From: Betaproteobacteria bacterium
Lineage (GTDB): Bacteria; Pseudomonadota; Gammaproteobacteria; Burkholderiales; JAEUOS01
Direction of reading: 5' to 3'
DNA length: 64,000 bases
Assembly (NCBI GenBank): GCA_028292405.1
Contig: JAQGMJ010000083.1
Span: 4,464-68,463, forward strand
Part shown: piece after piece, positions 1-10,244 of the stretch
Layout: the number at the start of each line of letters is the position of its first letter
Position numbering within the stretch: position 1 is the first letter of the stretch
Position numbers and translations under genes: made by a program
The notes under the pieces: generated by a model
Database searches by the model: none
Told to the model about the DNA's origin: nothing
Seen by the model: only the letters and a program-made list of their open reading frames with translations

Positions 1-1
1 G

Positions 2-793
<792 letters not shown>

Positions 794-807
794 GAGAGAC
801 CACGCAC

Positions 808-1614
808 ATGTCACGCATCGCCAAGGTCCTCGCGCGCCTCAAAGCCGAAAAGCGCAAGGCGCTGATTCCCTACATCTGCGCGGGGGACCCCACCCCCGCG
901 CTTACCTTGCCGTTGATGCACGGGCTCACCGCTTCCGGTGCCGACATCATCGAGCTGGGCGTTCCCTTCTCCGACCCGATGGCCGACGGCCCGGTGATCC
1001 AGCGCGCCTCCGAGCGCGCGCTCAAGCACAACGTCAGCCTGAAAGACGTGATCGCCATGGTCGCGGAATTCCGCAAGACCAATAGCGAGACCCCGGTGGT
1101 GTTGATGGGCTACGCCAACCCGATCGAGCACATGGGCATGCGCGCCTTTGCCGATGCGGCCAAGGCCGCCGGCGTCGACGGCGTGCTGGTGGTCGACTAT
1201 CCGCCGGAGGAATGCGAAGCCTTCGCCGCCGACGTCAAGGAACACGGCCTGGATCCGATCTTCCTGCTGGCGCCGACTTCCACCGAAGAGCGTATCGCGG
1301 CGGTCGGCAAGGTGGCCTCGGGCTACCTTTACTACGTCTCGCTCAAGGGCGTGACGGGTTCGGCCACGCTGGATACGGGCGAAGTCGCCAAGCGCATCCC
1401 GCTGATCAAGAAGTACGCCGACATTCCCATTGGCGTAGGCTTCGGCATCCGCGATGCGGCCACCGCCAAGGCAGTGGCCCAGGTGGCCGACGCGGTGGTG
1501 ATCGGCAGCCGCATCATCCAGGAGATCGAAAACTCCAAGCCCGGCCAGGAAGTGGATAATGTGAAGGCGTTCATGGCGGGCATCCGCAGCGCCATCGACA
1601 GCATTGCCGCATAA
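808..1614 (+). CDS. trpA: tryptophan synthase alpha chain
   Basis: ATG at 808 lies inside the longer ORF 550..1614. [28 protein letters not shown]...[17 protein letters not shown] is typical TrpA. It sits directly after trpB. Confidence 0.95.
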   Translation: MSRIAKVLARLKAEKRKALIPYICAGDPTPALTLPLMHGLTASGADIIELGVPFSDPMADGPVIQRASERALKHNVSLKDVIAMVAEFRKTNSETPVVLMGYANPIEHMGMRAFADAAKAAGVDGVLVVDYPPEECEAFAADVKEHGLDPIFLLAPTSTEERIAAVGKVASGYLYYVSLKGVTGSATLDTGEVAKRIPLIKKYADIPIGVGFGIRDAATAKAVAQVADAVVIGSRIIQEIENSKPGQEVDNVKAFMAGIRSAIDSIAA

Positions 1615-1650
1615 GCACCCAAGTAACATGAATCGCAGGAGAGACACACG

Positions 1651-2529
1651 ATGAGCTGGCTCGACAAATTGCTGCCGCCGAAAATCCAGCGGGACGGCGC
1701 GCGCAGCGTCAAAAGCATGCCCGAGGGCCTGTGGGTCAAATGCCCCTCCTGCGAGACGGCGCTGTTTTCCACCGACCTGTCGAACAACGCGCAGGTCTGC
1801 CCGAAGTGCAATCACCACCTGCGCATCAACGCGCGCGAGCGCCTCGACCTCCTGCTCGACGCCGAAGGGCGCTTTGAGATCGGCGCCGACGTGCGCCCGG
1901 TCGACAGCCTGAAGTTCAAGGACAGCAAGAAATATCCGGACCGCCTCAAGGAAGCCGCCGCCTCCACCGGCGAGACCGACGCGCTGGTGGTGATGCAGGG
2001 CGCGATGAACACCCTGCCGGTGGTCGCCGCCGCGTTCGAGTTTGACTTCATGGGCGGCTCGATGGGCTCGGTGGTGGGCGAGCGCTTCGCCCGCGGCGTC
2101 ACCACCGCGATCGAACAAAAGCTTCCCTTCATTTCGATCACCGCCAGCGGCGGCGCGCGCATGCAGGAAGGCCTGCTGTCGCTGTTGCAAATGGCCAAGA
2201 CCACCGCCGCCCTGCAGCGCCTGGCCGAGCGCCGCCTGCCCTACATCTCGGTGCTCACCGACCCCACCATGGGCGGCGTCTCCGCCAGCTTCGCCTTCAT
2301 GGGCGACGTGGTGATCGCCGAGCCCGGCGCGCTGATCGGCTTTGCCGGCCCGCGCGTGATCGAGCAGACCGTGCGCGAAAAGCTGCCCGAAGGTTTCCAG
2401 CGTGCCGAGTTCCTGATGGAAAAAGGCGCCATCGACATGATCGTCGACCGCCGCGAACTAAAAGCCAAGATCACCCGCCTGCTGGCGCTGATGCAGGCCC
2501 TGCCGGCGGACGCCTTCCAGGCCGCCTGA
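1651..2529 (+). CDS. accD: acetyl-CoA carboxylase carboxyltransferase beta subunit
   Basis: N-terminal zinc ribbon (CPSCETALF...CPKCNHHLR) followed by a carboxyltransferase domain. Classical accD-folC synteny. Confidence 0.95.
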   Translation: MSWLDKLLPPKIQRDGARSVKSMPEGLWVKCPSCETALFSTDLSNNAQVCPKCNHHLRINARERLDLLLDAEGRFEIGADVRPVDSLKFKDSKKYPDRLKEAAASTGETDALVVMQGAMNTLPVVAAAFEFDFMGGSMGSVVGERFARGVTTAIEQKLPFISITASGGARMQEGLLSLLQMAKTTAALQRLAERRLPYISVLTDPTMGGVSASFAFMGDVVIAEPGALIGFAGPRVIEQTVREKLPEGFQRAEFLMEKGAIDMIVDRRELKAKITRLLALMQALPADAFQAA

Positions 2530-2557
2530 ACTCTTCTTCCGACCGGCCGGGGCGCGC

Positions 2558-3919
2558 ATGCAGCGCGTCCGGCCGCGTCTTTTCCGAGCCGTGCCTTTGA
2601 CTCCCGCTTCCGACGCTCCCCTGGCCGCCTGGCTCGACTACATCGAGGGCCTGCACCCGCAAAACATTTCCATGGGCCTGGACCGCGTCGGCGTGGTCAA
2701 GGAAAGGCTTGGCCTGAAATTCGATTGCCCGGTAATCACCGTTGGCGGCACCAACGGCAAGGGCTCCACCTGCGCCATGCTCGAAGCGATCCTGCGCGCC
2801 GGCGCCTTTCGCACCGGCATGTACACCTCGCCGCACCTGGTGAAGTTCAACGAGCGCGCGCGCATCGACGGCCGTGACGTCGAAGATGCGCCGCTGGCCG
2901 CTGCCTTCGCGCGCGTCGAGGCAGCCCGCGTGAGTGGTGACGCCGCCATCGAGCTGACCTACTTCGAATTCTCCACCCTCGCGGTGATGCTGCTGTTCAT
3001 GGAGGCGCAGCCCGATTGCGTGATCCTCGAAGTCGGACTGGGTGGCCGTCTCGATGCGGTGAACTTGTTCGATGCCGATTGCGCCATCCTCACCAGCGTC
3101 GATCTCGACCACCAGGCGTATCTCGGCGACACCCGCGAGCAGATCGGCTGGGAAAAGGCGCACATCTTTCGGAAGAACACGCCGGCCATTTGCGCAGACC
3201 CGCAGCCGCCGGAGTCCGTCGCCAAGGTGGCGGGCGAACTCGGCGCGCAGTTGCTGTTGCTGGGGCGCGACTTCGGCTACGCCGGCGACAAGCAGCAATG
3301 GAAATTCTGGTTCATGCCGGAAGCACAGAAGGGCAGCCGTGACCCGGTTACCCGCAACGGCCTGTCCTACCCCGCCCTGCGCGGCGCCAACCAGTTGCTC
3401 AACGCCTCCGCCGCCCTGGCCGCGCTGGAATGCCTGCGCCCGCGCCTGCCGGTGGCGATGCAGGCGGTGCGCCAGGGCCTGATCGAAGTCGAGTGGCCGG
3501 GGCGCTTCCAGTTGCTGCCTGGGCGCCCGGTGGTGGTGCTCGACGTCGCCCACAACCCGCATGCCGCCGCCGTGCTGGCCGACAACCTCGGCAACATCGG
3601 CTTCGCCGCCTATACCCGCGCGGTGTTCGGCATGCTCGGCGACAAGGACATCGCCGGCGTGGTGCGTCTGTTGAAAGGCCGGATCGACCACTGGCACCTG
3701 GCCACGCTGCCCGGCGCACGCGGCGTCAGCGCGCAACACCTGGCCGAGGTGCTGGCCGAATGCGGCATTACCAAAGACGTTTTCCTGCACGAGTCGCCCG
3801 CTGCTGCGTACGCTGCCGCACGCGCCGGGGCAGGGGAGAATGATAGAATCGTGGTGTTCGGTTCCTTCCTCACCGTCACCGACGTGATGCAGGTGCTGGA
3901 TCGTTCCAGGAACAACTGA
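2558..3919 (+). CDS. folC: bifunctional folylpolyglutamate synthase / dihydrofolate synthase
   Basis: Mur-ligase P-loop VGGTNGKGST with FolC-like N- and C-terminal regions. Position after accD. The exact start is not verified. Confidence 0.9.
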   Translation: MQRVRPRLFRAVPLTPASDAPLAAWLDYIEGLHPQNISMGLDRVGVVKERLGLKFDCPVITVGGTNGKGSTCAMLEAILRAGAFRTGMYTSPHLVKFNERARIDGRDVEDAPLAAAFARVEAARVSGDAAIELTYFEFSTLAVMLLFMEAQPDCVILEVGLGGRLDAVNLFDADCAILTSVDLDHQAYLGDTREQIGWEKAHIFRKNTPAICADPQPPESVAKVAGELGAQLLLLGRDFGYAGDKQQWKFWFMPEAQKGSRDPVTRNGLSYPALRGANQLLNASAALAALECLRPRLPVAMQAVRQGLIEVEWPGRFQLLPGRPVVVLDVAHNPHAAAVLADNLGNIGFAAYTRAVFGMLGDKDIAGVVRLLKGRIDHWHLATLPGARGVSAQHLAEVLAECGITKDVFLHESPAAAYAAARAGAGENDRIVVFGSFLTVTDVMQVLDRSRNN

Positions 3920-3980
3920 GCCCGGTCCGCCAGGCAGTGCCGCACCAGCGCTTGCCGATCCGCTTTCCAACAGCCTGCCC

Positions 3981-4826
3981 ATGGCCACTGACCTCCCGGA
4001 AGACTCCCAGCTGAAACGCCGCGCCCGGCGGCGCCTGATCGGGGCCATCGCCCTCGTCCTGCTCGCGGTGATCGTGCTGCCGATGATCTTCGACGCCGAG
4101 CAAAAGCCGCTCGACCAGGACGTATCGATCCAGATACCCAGCCAGGGCGACTATGTCGCCAAGCCGCCGCCTGCCGGCAGTACGCCGCCCGCCGCCAAAG
4201 CCGGCGACAAGGACGCAAAGGCCGCGCCGGAACCGCCGCCGAAAGACACTACGCCGCCTGCTCCGCCCAAGGACGAAACGAAGAGCGCGCCGCCGGCCGA
4301 CGCCCCGAAGGCGGCGCCCAAAGACGCCCCGAAGGAAGAAAAAGCCGAAGCGCCGAAGGCAGGGGTCAAGGCCGACGGCAAGGCCGACGAAGCCAAGGCA
4401 GCGGCAGCCAAGGCGGCGGAAGCCAAGGCCGCTTCCGACGCCAAGGTAGCCAAAGCCGCCGCCGAAAAGGCGGCGGACGAAAAAGCGCGCGCCCAGGCCG
4501 AAGCCAAACGTGCCGTCGCCCTGTTGAATGGCGCGGGGGATGCCCCCACATCAACTAAATCGGCGAAGGCAGACCCGGCAGAAAAGGCGGCAGCCGGTTC
4601 GTTCGCCATCCAGATCGGCGCTTTTTCGGCCGAGGAAAAGGCGCAGGAAGTGCGCGACAAGCTTTCCGCCGCCGGGCTCAAGTCCTATGCGGAAAAGGTG
4701 GCGACCAAGTCCGGGGATGTGACCCGGGTGCGGGCCGGCCCCTTTGCCAGCAAGGACGCGGCGGAGTCGGCGCGCGCGAAAATCGCCGGCCTGGGCTTCG
4801 CCAGTGCGACGGTTGTGCACCGCTAG
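3981..4826 (+). CDS. SPOR domain-containing cell-division/peptidoglycan-binding protein (occupies the dedD position)
   Basis: N-terminal TM segment, a long Ala/Lys/Pro-rich linker, and a C-terminal SPOR domain (FAIQIGAFSAEEKAQEVRDKL...VRAGPFASKDAAESA). Sits between folC and cvpA as dedD does in E. coli. Confidence 0.8.
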   Translation: MATDLPEDSQLKRRARRRLIGAIALVLLAVIVLPMIFDAEQKPLDQDVSIQIPSQGDYVAKPPPAGSTPPAAKAGDKDAKAAPEPPPKDTTPPAPPKDETKSAPPADAPKAAPKDAPKEEKAEAPKAGVKADGKADEAKAAAAKAAEAKAASDAKVAKAAAEKAADEKARAQAEAKRAVALLNGAGDAPTSTKSAKADPAEKAAAGSFAIQIGAFSAEEKAQEVRDKLSAAGLKSYAEKVATKSGDVTRVRAGPFASKDAAESARAKIAGLGFASATVVHR

Positions 4827-4871
4827 CGTGGTGCGTGAGCTGAAGCTTGCGTCGTCGGGTTGGTGGTGGGC

Positions 4872-5360
4872 ATGACGCTGTTCGATTACGCGGTGCTGGC
4901 GATCCTGCTGATGTCGGTGGTGGTATCGGTGTTGCGCGGCCTGGTGCGAGAGATTTTGTCGCTGATCGGCTGGATTGCGGCTTTTGTAGTCGCCAGCCTG
5001 TTTGCCAGCGATGTCGCCCAACTGCTGGCGCCGACGCTGGACCCCCATGGCCTGGGCCTGATTGCGGCCTTCCTGCTGGTGCTGGTGGGCATGGCGCTGG
5101 TTAGCGCAATCATCGGCTGGGGCGTGATGAAGGCAGTGGCGGCGGCGGGGATGACCCTGGCCGACCGTGGTCTGGGCGGCTTGTTCGGCCTGGCGCGCGG
5201 CTTGGTGATCGTGGTGGCACTGGCCATGGTTTGCGGCCTCACGCCGATCCCGAAACAGCCGTTCTGGAAGCAGGCCTTGTTGAGTCCGCTGGTCGAGACG
5301 ATGGTCGAAACGGTGAAGCCTTTTCTGCCCGCTGACATAGCGGGTAGGGTAAAATTCTGA
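4872..5360 (+). CDS. cvpA: colicin V production protein CvpA family membrane protein
   Basis: MTLFDYAVLAILLMSVVVSVLRGLVREI... is CvpA-like with four hydrophobic segments. Position before purF. An in-frame ATG at 4860 is an alternative start. Confidence 0.88.
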   Translation: MTLFDYAVLAILLMSVVVSVLRGLVREILSLIGWIAAFVVASLFASDVAQLLAPTLDPHGLGLIAAFLLVLVGMALVSAIIGWGVMKAVAAAGMTLADRGLGGLFGLARGLVIVVALAMVCGLTPIPKQPFWKQALLSPLVETMVETVKPFLPADIAGRVKF

Positions 5361-5459
5361 TTTACGGGTGTCGACGCTTTGGCATCGCTGGACAAGGTTT
5401 TTTCATTGCATTTTTTTCATGAAATTGTCCGGCTTCGCTGGTGATTTCATGGACTCAAC

Positions 5460-5511
5460 CCGGCAAAAGTATTAATTACTTTTAGTACAAAGTAATCAAT
5501 ACTTTTGCCGG
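5460..5511. repeat. 52-nt near-perfect hairpin (23-bp arms, one mismatch); member of the CCGRCAAAAG...CTTTTGYCGG family
   Basis: The sequence ccggcaaaagtattaattacttt-tagtac-aaagtaatcaatacttttgccgg was read directly. It is AT-rich and lies between cvpA and purF, 23 nt before the purF ATG. Confidence 0.9.
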
Positions 5512-5534
5512 AATGAGTCAACCCGGAGAGCACC

Positions 5535-7049
5535 ATGTGCGGAGTCGTCGGCGTCGTTGCAAAAAGCCCGGTCAACCAGTTGCTTTACGATGGTTTGCTG
5601 CTCCTGCAGCACCGCGGCCAGGACGCAGCAGGCATCGTCACCGCCTCGGGCAAATCCTTCTACATGCACAAGAGCATGGGCTTGGTGCGCGATGTGTTCC
5701 GCACCCGCAACATGCGTGACCTGCCGGGCCATGTGGGCATCGCGCATTGCCGCTACCCCACCGCCGGCTCTTCCGCCAACCCTGCCGAAGCGCAGCCGTT
5801 CTACGTCAACTCGCCCTTCGGCCTGACCCTGGCGCATAACGGCAACCTCACCAATTCCGAGCAGCTGCGCCAGGAAATGTTCCGCCAGGACCTGCGCCAC
5901 ATCAACACCGGTTCCGACTCCGAGGTGCTGCTCAACGTGCTGGCCCATGAGCTGGAAATGGGCAGCAAGAGCGTCAAGCTCGATCCCGCGAAGATTTTCC
6001 AGGCGGTGGCCAAGGTGCACGAGCGCGTGCGCGGCGCCTACGCCGTGGTGGCCCTGATCGCCGGCCACGGCCTGCTGGCCTTCCGCGACCCCTACGGCAT
6101 CCGTCCGCTGTGCCTGGGCCGCGCCGATTTCGGCCACGGCGAAGAGCACATGGTGGCTTCCGAGTCCGTGGCGCTCGAAGGCCTGGGCTACGAATTCGTC
6201 CGCGACGTCGCCCCGGGCGAGGCGATTTTCGTCGACATGGACGGCAATTTCTACGCCCAGCAGTGCGCGAAAAACGCCACGCTGAACCCCTGCATTTTCG
6301 AGTACGTCTACCTCGCCCGTCCCGATTCGCAGATCGATGGCGTCTCGGTCTATGCCGCGCGCCTGAAGCTCGGCGAGTTTCTCGCCGACAAGGTGAGGGC
6401 GCTGGGCATCGTCGACCAGATCGACGTGGTGATGCCGATCCCCGATTCCAGCCGCCCCGCCGCGATGCAGCTGGCGATGAAGCTGAACCTTGACTACCGT
6501 GAGGGCTTCATCAAAAACCGCTACATCGGGCGCACCTTCATCATGCCCGGCCAGGCGGTGCGCAAGAAGTCGGTGCGCCAGAAGCTCAATGCCATCGGCG
6601 TCGAGTTCAAGGGCAAGAACGTGCTGATCGTCGACGACTCCATCGTGCGCGGCACCACCTCGCGCGAGATCGTTTCGATGGCGCGCGAAGCCGGGGCGGC
6701 GAAAGTGTTCTTCGCCTCCGCCGCGCCGCCGGTGCGCTTCGCCAACGTCTACGGCATCGACATGCCGACCAGGCACGAGCTGATCGCCACCGGCCGCACC
6801 GACGCCGAGATTGCCAAGGAAATCGGCGCCGATCTGCTGATCTACCAGGACCTCGAAGGCCTGGAGCGCGCCGTGCGCGAGATCAACCCCAAGCTCACCG
6901 ACTTCGAGACCTCGTGCTTCTCCGGCCACTATGTCACCGGCGTCACTCCGGAGTATCTGTCGGACGTCGAGACCCGGCGCGACCAGCACCGCGACAGCGG
7001 CGACGACGAAGAAGGCTCGCAGATGGGGCTGAACCTGGCAGCCGCCTGA
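5535..7049 (+). CDS. purF: amidophosphoribosyltransferase
   Basis: MCGVVGV N-terminal nucleophile start, a glutamine amidotransferase class II domain and a PRTase domain (VLIVDDSIVRGTT). GGAGAG ribosome-binding site upstream. Confidence 0.97.
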   Translation: MCGVVGVVAKSPVNQLLYDGLLLLQHRGQDAAGIVTASGKSFYMHKSMGLVRDVFRTRNMRDLPGHVGIAHCRYPTAGSSANPAEAQPFYVNSPFGLTLAHNGNLTNSEQLRQEMFRQDLRHINTGSDSEVLLNVLAHELEMGSKSVKLDPAKIFQAVAKVHERVRGAYAVVALIAGHGLLAFRDPYGIRPLCLGRADFGHGEEHMVASESVALEGLGYEFVRDVAPGEAIFVDMDGNFYAQQCAKNATLNPCIFEYVYLARPDSQIDGVSVYAARLKLGEFLADKVRALGIVDQIDVVMPIPDSSRPAAMQLAMKLNLDYREGFIKNRYIGRTFIMPGQAVRKKSVRQKLNAIGVEFKGKNVLIVDDSIVRGTTSREIVSMAREAGAAKVFFASAAPPVRFANVYGIDMPTRHELIATGRTDAEIAKEIGADLLIYQDLEGLERAVREINPKLTDFETSCFSGHYVTGVTPEYLSDVETRRDQHRDSGDDEEGSQMGLNLAAA

Positions 7050-7063
7050 GGCGCCGGCAAGGC

Positions 7064-7092
7064 AAAAAAAACGGGCGTCGCGGCCCGTTTTT
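7064..7092. terminator. bidirectional rho-independent terminator between purF and the convergent DUF2147 gene
   Basis: Stem acgggc/gcccgt is flanked by an A-run on the left and a T-run on the right. Confidence 0.7.
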
Positions 7093-7112
7093 CATGATGG
7101 TCCGGCCTGCCG

Positions 7113-7580
7113 CTACTCCTCGCGCTCCCACACCTGGGTGCGACCGAACAAGGTGACCCAAACGTAGCCGCGCACCCGCAATTTTCTTCCGCCGTCAGCC
7201 ATGGCCAGCAGGGCGTGGTAGACGCGGCCGTTTTGCGGGTCGAGGATGTCGCCGCCGCTGTACTCGTCGCCGTTCTGGTCGGGGCTGCGGCGCATGCCCC
7301 AGAGGACGGTCATACCTAGCACCGGCTGGTTCTTCAGCGCGCCCTGGCAGGCATCGCAGCGCGGCGACGCGTCTTCGCCGGGGCCGGGAAGGATTCTTTC
7401 CACCCGGCCGGTATATTCACCCGCGTTTTCGCTGATGCGCACCAGGGCGCTTGGCTTGCCCGTGTTGTCGTCGATGGTGCGCCACAAACCCGCGGGCGTG
7501 CCTTGCGCACCGGCTGCATGGCAGCAGCAGGCGAACAGCACCGTTAAGAACAGGCGCGACGGGACTGAAAAGTCGAACAT
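7113..7580 (-). CDS. DUF2147 domain-containing exported protein
   Basis: Signal peptide (MFDFSVPSRLFLTVLFACCCHAAGAQG) then GLWRTIDDNTGKPSALVRI...GGDILDPQNGRVY, typical of DUF2147. ATG at 7580 is chosen inside ORF 7113..7724. Confidence 0.8.
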   Translation of the reverse strand: MFDFSVPSRLFLTVLFACCCHAAGAQGTPAGLWRTIDDNTGKPSALVRISENAGEYTGRVERILPGPGEDASPRCDACQGALKNQPVLGMTVLWGMRRSPDQNGDEYSGGDILDPQNGRVYHALLAMADGGRKLRVRGYVWVTLFGRTQVWEREE

Positions 7581-7755
7581 CAGCGGCGTAATTTTACGTA
7601 TGCATGGGGTGGTGTCCCCGGAACCGCGCTGGGTTAGCAGGCAGAGTATAATCCTCTCCGCGCCGATTTGAGTTTCAGCTTGCGGGCGCGGGATTCGCAG
7701 TGGCATGCGCGAGGGTCCCAACAAATACGGCTAAAGCGAGTGGAAGAAATTATCC

Positions 7756-7794
7756 AACCCGTTTTGGCATGCCTAAGCTGAAACGGGTTTTTTT
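7756..7794 (+). terminator. orphan intrinsic terminator / attenuator hairpin in the metZ leader
   Basis: 9-bp stem aacccgttt/aaacgggtt with a 16-nt loop, followed by T7. It ends 12 nt before the metZ ATG. The only upstream gene is divergent. Confidence 0.55.
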
Positions 7795-7806
7795 ATTGAG
7801 AACGCC

Positions 7807-8997
7807 ATGAGCGACAAATTCGATTTCGACACCCTTGCGGTACGCGCCGGGGTCCAGCGCAGCAACTTCAACGAAAACTCGGAGGCGCTGTATTTGAGCT
7901 CCAGCTTCGTGCATGAAGATGCCGCCACCGCCGCGCTGCGCTTTTCCAACCAGGCGCCGGGCTACGTCTATTCGCGCTTTTCCAACCCCACGGTGGAAAT
8001 GTTCCAGCAGCGCCTGGCTGCGCTCGAAGGCGGCGAGGCCTGCGTGGCCACCAGTTCGGGCATGTCGGCCGTGCTCACCGTGGCGATGGGCCTGCTCAAG
8101 GCCGGTGACCACGTGGTGTGCTCGCGCAGCGTGTTCGGTGCGGTGATCACCCTGTTCGAAAAGAATCTCGGACGCTTCGGCCTGCAGACGACTTTTGTCG
8201 AGGCCACCGATTTGTCGGCCTGGGAAAAGGCGGTCAAGCCGAACACCAAAATGCTGTTTCTCGAGACGCCGTCGAACCCGCTGATGGAAGTGCTGGATGT
8301 GGCGGCCTTGTCGAAGATCGCCAAAAAGGCCGGCGCCGTGCTGGTGGTGGACAACTGCTTTTGCTCGCCCGCCGTGCAGCGCCCGCTGGAAATGGGCGCC
8401 GACATCGTGGTGCACTCGGCCACCAAATATCTCGACGGCCAGGGCCGCACCCTGGGCGGGGCGATCGTCGGCAGCAAGGAACTGGTGATGGGCGAGGTGC
8501 ACGGCTTTTTGCGCACCGCCGGCCCGAGCATGAGCCCGTTCAACGCCTGGGTTGCCCTGAAGGGCATGGAGACCCTGGGCATCCGCATGGAAAAGCAATG
8601 CGACAACGCGCTGGAACTGGCGCGCTGGCTGGAATCCCATCCGCAGGTCGACAAGGTGTTTTTCCCCGGCCTGGAGTCGCACGCACAGCACGAGCTGGCC
8701 AAGCGCCAGCAGTCCGCCTCCGGCCGCTTCCTCGCCGGCGCGGTGGTCACCTTCACCGTCAAGGGCGGGCGCCCGGCGGCCTGGCGCGTGGTCGACGGCT
8801 GCAAGATGATCTCGATCACCGCCAACCTCGGCGACACCAAGAGCACGATCACTCATCCGGCTTCGACCACCCACGGGCGCATCAGTCCGGAGGCACGCGA
8901 AGCGGCCGGGGTAGTGGAGGGTTTGCTGCGCGTGTCGGTCGGCCTGGAGAGCGTGGCTGACATCAAGAAGGATTTGCAGAACGGGCTGGGCGCTTGA
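7807..8997 (+). CDS. metZ: O-succinylhomoserine sulfhydrylase
   Basis: Cys/Met-metabolism PLP enzyme. N-terminus (FDTLAVRAGVQRSNFNENSEALYLSSSFVH) and the purF-metZ neighbourhood are typical of MetZ. Confidence 0.88.
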   Translation: MSDKFDFDTLAVRAGVQRSNFNENSEALYLSSSFVHEDAATAALRFSNQAPGYVYSRFSNPTVEMFQQRLAALEGGEACVATSSGMSAVLTVAMGLLKAGDHVVCSRSVFGAVITLFEKNLGRFGLQTTFVEATDLSAWEKAVKPNTKMLFLETPSNPLMEVLDVAALSKIAKKAGAVLVVDNCFCSPAVQRPLEMGADIVVHSATKYLDGQGRTLGGAIVGSKELVMGEVHGFLRTAGPSMSPFNAWVALKGMETLGIRMEKQCDNALELARWLESHPQVDKVFFPGLESHAQHELAKRQQSASGRFLAGAVVTFTVKGGRPAAWRVVDGCKMISITANLGDTKSTITHPASTTHGRISPEAREAAGVVEGLLRVSVGLESVADIKKDLQNGLGA

Positions 8998-9012
8998 GGC
9001 AGCTCATCGCAT

Positions 9013-9043
9013 AAAAAAACGCCGGCTTAGCCGGCGTTTTTTT
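9013..9043. terminator. bidirectional rho-independent terminator (metZ and the convergent catabolic operon)
   Basis: The sequence aaaaaaacgccgg-cttag-ccggcgttttttt is a perfect stem with A/T runs on both sides. Confidence 0.8.
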
Positions 9044-9064
9044 ATGCCTCGAAGCCTTGCCGGT

Positions 9065-10231
9065 CTATAGATCAGTAATGCTGAGGATGCCGTCGCTATC
9101 CTCGAAGCCGGCGAGAATACGCTTGCCGACCAGGTCGCGCAGCGTCTCGGAAGTACCACCGCCCAGCGTTCCGTAGCGCGCCCCGCGGTAAAAGCGCGAC
9201 ACCGGATATTCATCGGTGAAGCCATAGCCGCCGTGCACCTGGATCGCCTCGCTGGTGACGCGCAGCGACATCTCGTTGCAAAACACTTTGGCGGTGGCGG
9301 CGAGAAAGGGATCGGGGAAAGGGTTGGCGGTGGCGCAGGCGCGATACAGCAGGCCGCGCCCGGCCTCGATGTCCTTGTACATGTCCGCCAGCTTCCAGCG
9401 CATGCCCTGGAACTCGCCGATGGCGCGGCCGAAGGCGGTGCGCTGGCGCATGTACTTCACCGCCTCGTCGAAAGCACCCTCGGCCAGGCCGAGCGAGATC
9501 GAGGGGTTGAGGCAGCGCTGGGTGTTGAAGGCATTCAGGAGTTTCTTGAAACCGTCCTCGCGGATTACCAGGTTTTCCAGCGGCAGTTCGCAGTCCTCGA
9601 AGCGCACTTCGTGCAGGAACTCGCCGCCCATGGTGTGAAAGCGCCCGGTGACGGAAAAACCTTTCGCTCCGGCCGGCACCAGCACGCAGCCAATGCCTTC
9701 GCGCCCCGGCTTGCCGTCGATGCGGGTGAACACCACGAACATGCCGGCCTCATCGGCCCGGCTGATCAGGGTCTTGACGCCGTTGACCACGATGCGGTCG
9801 CCCTTGATGGTGGTGTTGGTGCGGTAGTTCGCCACGTCGGTGCCGGCATCGGGCTCGGTCATGCACACGGCGAGCATGGTCTCGCCTTTCACCACGCGCG
9901 GCAGGATGTCCCGCTTGATATGCTCCGGCGCATAGGTGGAAATCACGCGCGTCTGCACGCCGACTTCGCCCAGCACCGCCATCGCGGTGACGTAGCAGAC
10001 CTTGCCGATTTCCTCGAGCACCAGCGCAGTCTCGAACACCGGCAGGCCGAGGCCGCCGTATTCCTCCGGCACCGCCATGCCGAGGATGCCGATCTCGGCC
10101 AGGTCCTTCATGTTCTCCCAGGGGAAGGTGCCGTCGAGATACTTGAGCGCGCGGCTCTTGAACTTGTCCTGCGCCAGTTCGCGCACGGCGCGCACGATGC
10201 GCCGTTGCTCGTCGGTCAATGCGAAATTCAT
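9065..10231 (-). CDS. acyl-CoA dehydrogenase family protein
   Basis: MNFALTDEQRRIVRAVRELAQDKF... with the full three-domain ACAD pattern. ATG at 10231 is chosen inside ORF 9065..10288. Confidence 0.9.
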   Translation of the reverse strand: MNFALTDEQRRIVRAVRELAQDKFKSRALKYLDGTFPWENMKDLAEIGILGMAVPEEYGGLGLPVFETALVLEEIGKVCYVTAMAVLGEVGVQTRVISTYAPEHIKRDILPRVVKGETMLAVCMTEPDAGTDVANYRTNTTIKGDRIVVNGVKTLISRADEAGMFVVFTRIDGKPGREGIGCVLVPAGAKGFSVTGRFHTMGGEFLHEVRFEDCELPLENLVIREDGFKKLLNAFNTQRCLNPSISLGLAEGAFDEAVKYMRQRTAFGRAIGEFQGMRWKLADMYKDIEAGRGLLYRACATANPFPDPFLAATAKVFCNEMSLRVTSEAIQVHGGYGFTDEYPVSRFYRGARYGTLGGGTSETLRDLVGKRILAGFEDSDGILSITDL

Positions 10232-10244
10232 GTTTGTCTCTCTT

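Noticed and set aside
7700-7794. Assignment of the metZ leader to the SAM-II riboswitch class.
   Set aside because: There are some AAAGC/AAGCUGAAA-like strings, but I could not build the SAM-II pseudoknot or its conserved U-rich strand by eye. It is kept only as an unclassified attenuator candidate.
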